Shown here in pieces: positions 63,626-64,000 of a DNA stretch of 64,000 nt (its first letter is position 1; each line of letters begins with the position of its first letter). The notes below the pieces were generated by a model that was not told where the DNA came from, ran no database searches, and saw only the letters and a list, made by a program, of their open reading frames with translations. The stretch is from NCBI RefSeq assembly GCF_009914755.1, contig NC_060941.1, one strand, 5' to 3'. This DNA is from the human T2T-CHM13v2.0 reference genome, Homo sapiens. A program made the position numbers and the translations under genes.

Positions 63626-63648
63626 AGGCTTCTGGAACCCCAGTTCTG

Positions 63649-63656
63649 TGACGTCA
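63649..63656. promoter_or_regulatory. Perfect CRE palindrome (CREB/CREM site)
   Basis: TGACGTCA. Confidence 0.65.
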
Positions 63657-64000
63657 TCCATCTCCTGGAAATACACTGGTTTTAACCAGGCAAATTGGCC
63701 AAGCATCAGGCAGAAGTAGCAGCTGGGCCTGGGAGGACAGGTGACATCTGTGAGGAAAATGGCCGGGTGGGATAGGGTGGAGAGCACTGGCTGTTTCCTT
63801 CATTTTTGGGAACAGCACCACCTTTGGGGGGACTCCTTCCCTCATGGGGTTTTAGTGGGGGCTGCCAGTCCTGGGGTCCTGCCCCCCACCACCCCCCATA
63901 AGCATAGGAATGCTTGTGTGCCAGTCACTATATTTGTAAACGGAAGCTGGTGGAGCTGCTCAGCTTCCAACAGGAAGCCCATGTGTGCAGGGCCAGAGGA

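Overview
Human genomic DNA, identified from recalled sequences as the chr17q12 CC-chemokine region; no database search was run. All genes lie on the minus strand. In order the window holds: CCL5 (RANTES) exon 1 and its promoter (138-~700); about 25 kb of repeat-rich upstream DNA, including a 7SK retrocopy split by two LTRs and an AluYb-lineage element; an LRRC37-family pseudogene (probably LRRC37A8P, ~25970-37918) built as a decayed tandem triplication of the giant Pro/Glu/Gln/Thr-rich exon 1 plus ~0.9 kb of intron 1, with no LRR exons; the complete 7-exon RDM1 gene (284 codons); and the complete LYZL6 gene (148 codons in 4 coding exons, plus a probable upstream non-coding exon next to a perfect CRE). 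Many ORFs in the supplied track are Alu/LTR artefacts. I found no convincing new biological system. The strongest leads are the LRRC37 triplication (possibly once spliced in frame, and apparently a superset of the LRRC37A and LRRC37B exon 1), the RDM1 poly(A) signal abutting the LRRC37 promoter, and several unusual insertion/repair scars. Exon boundaries were read base by base. Repeat boundaries are approximate and repeat subfamily names are from memory.
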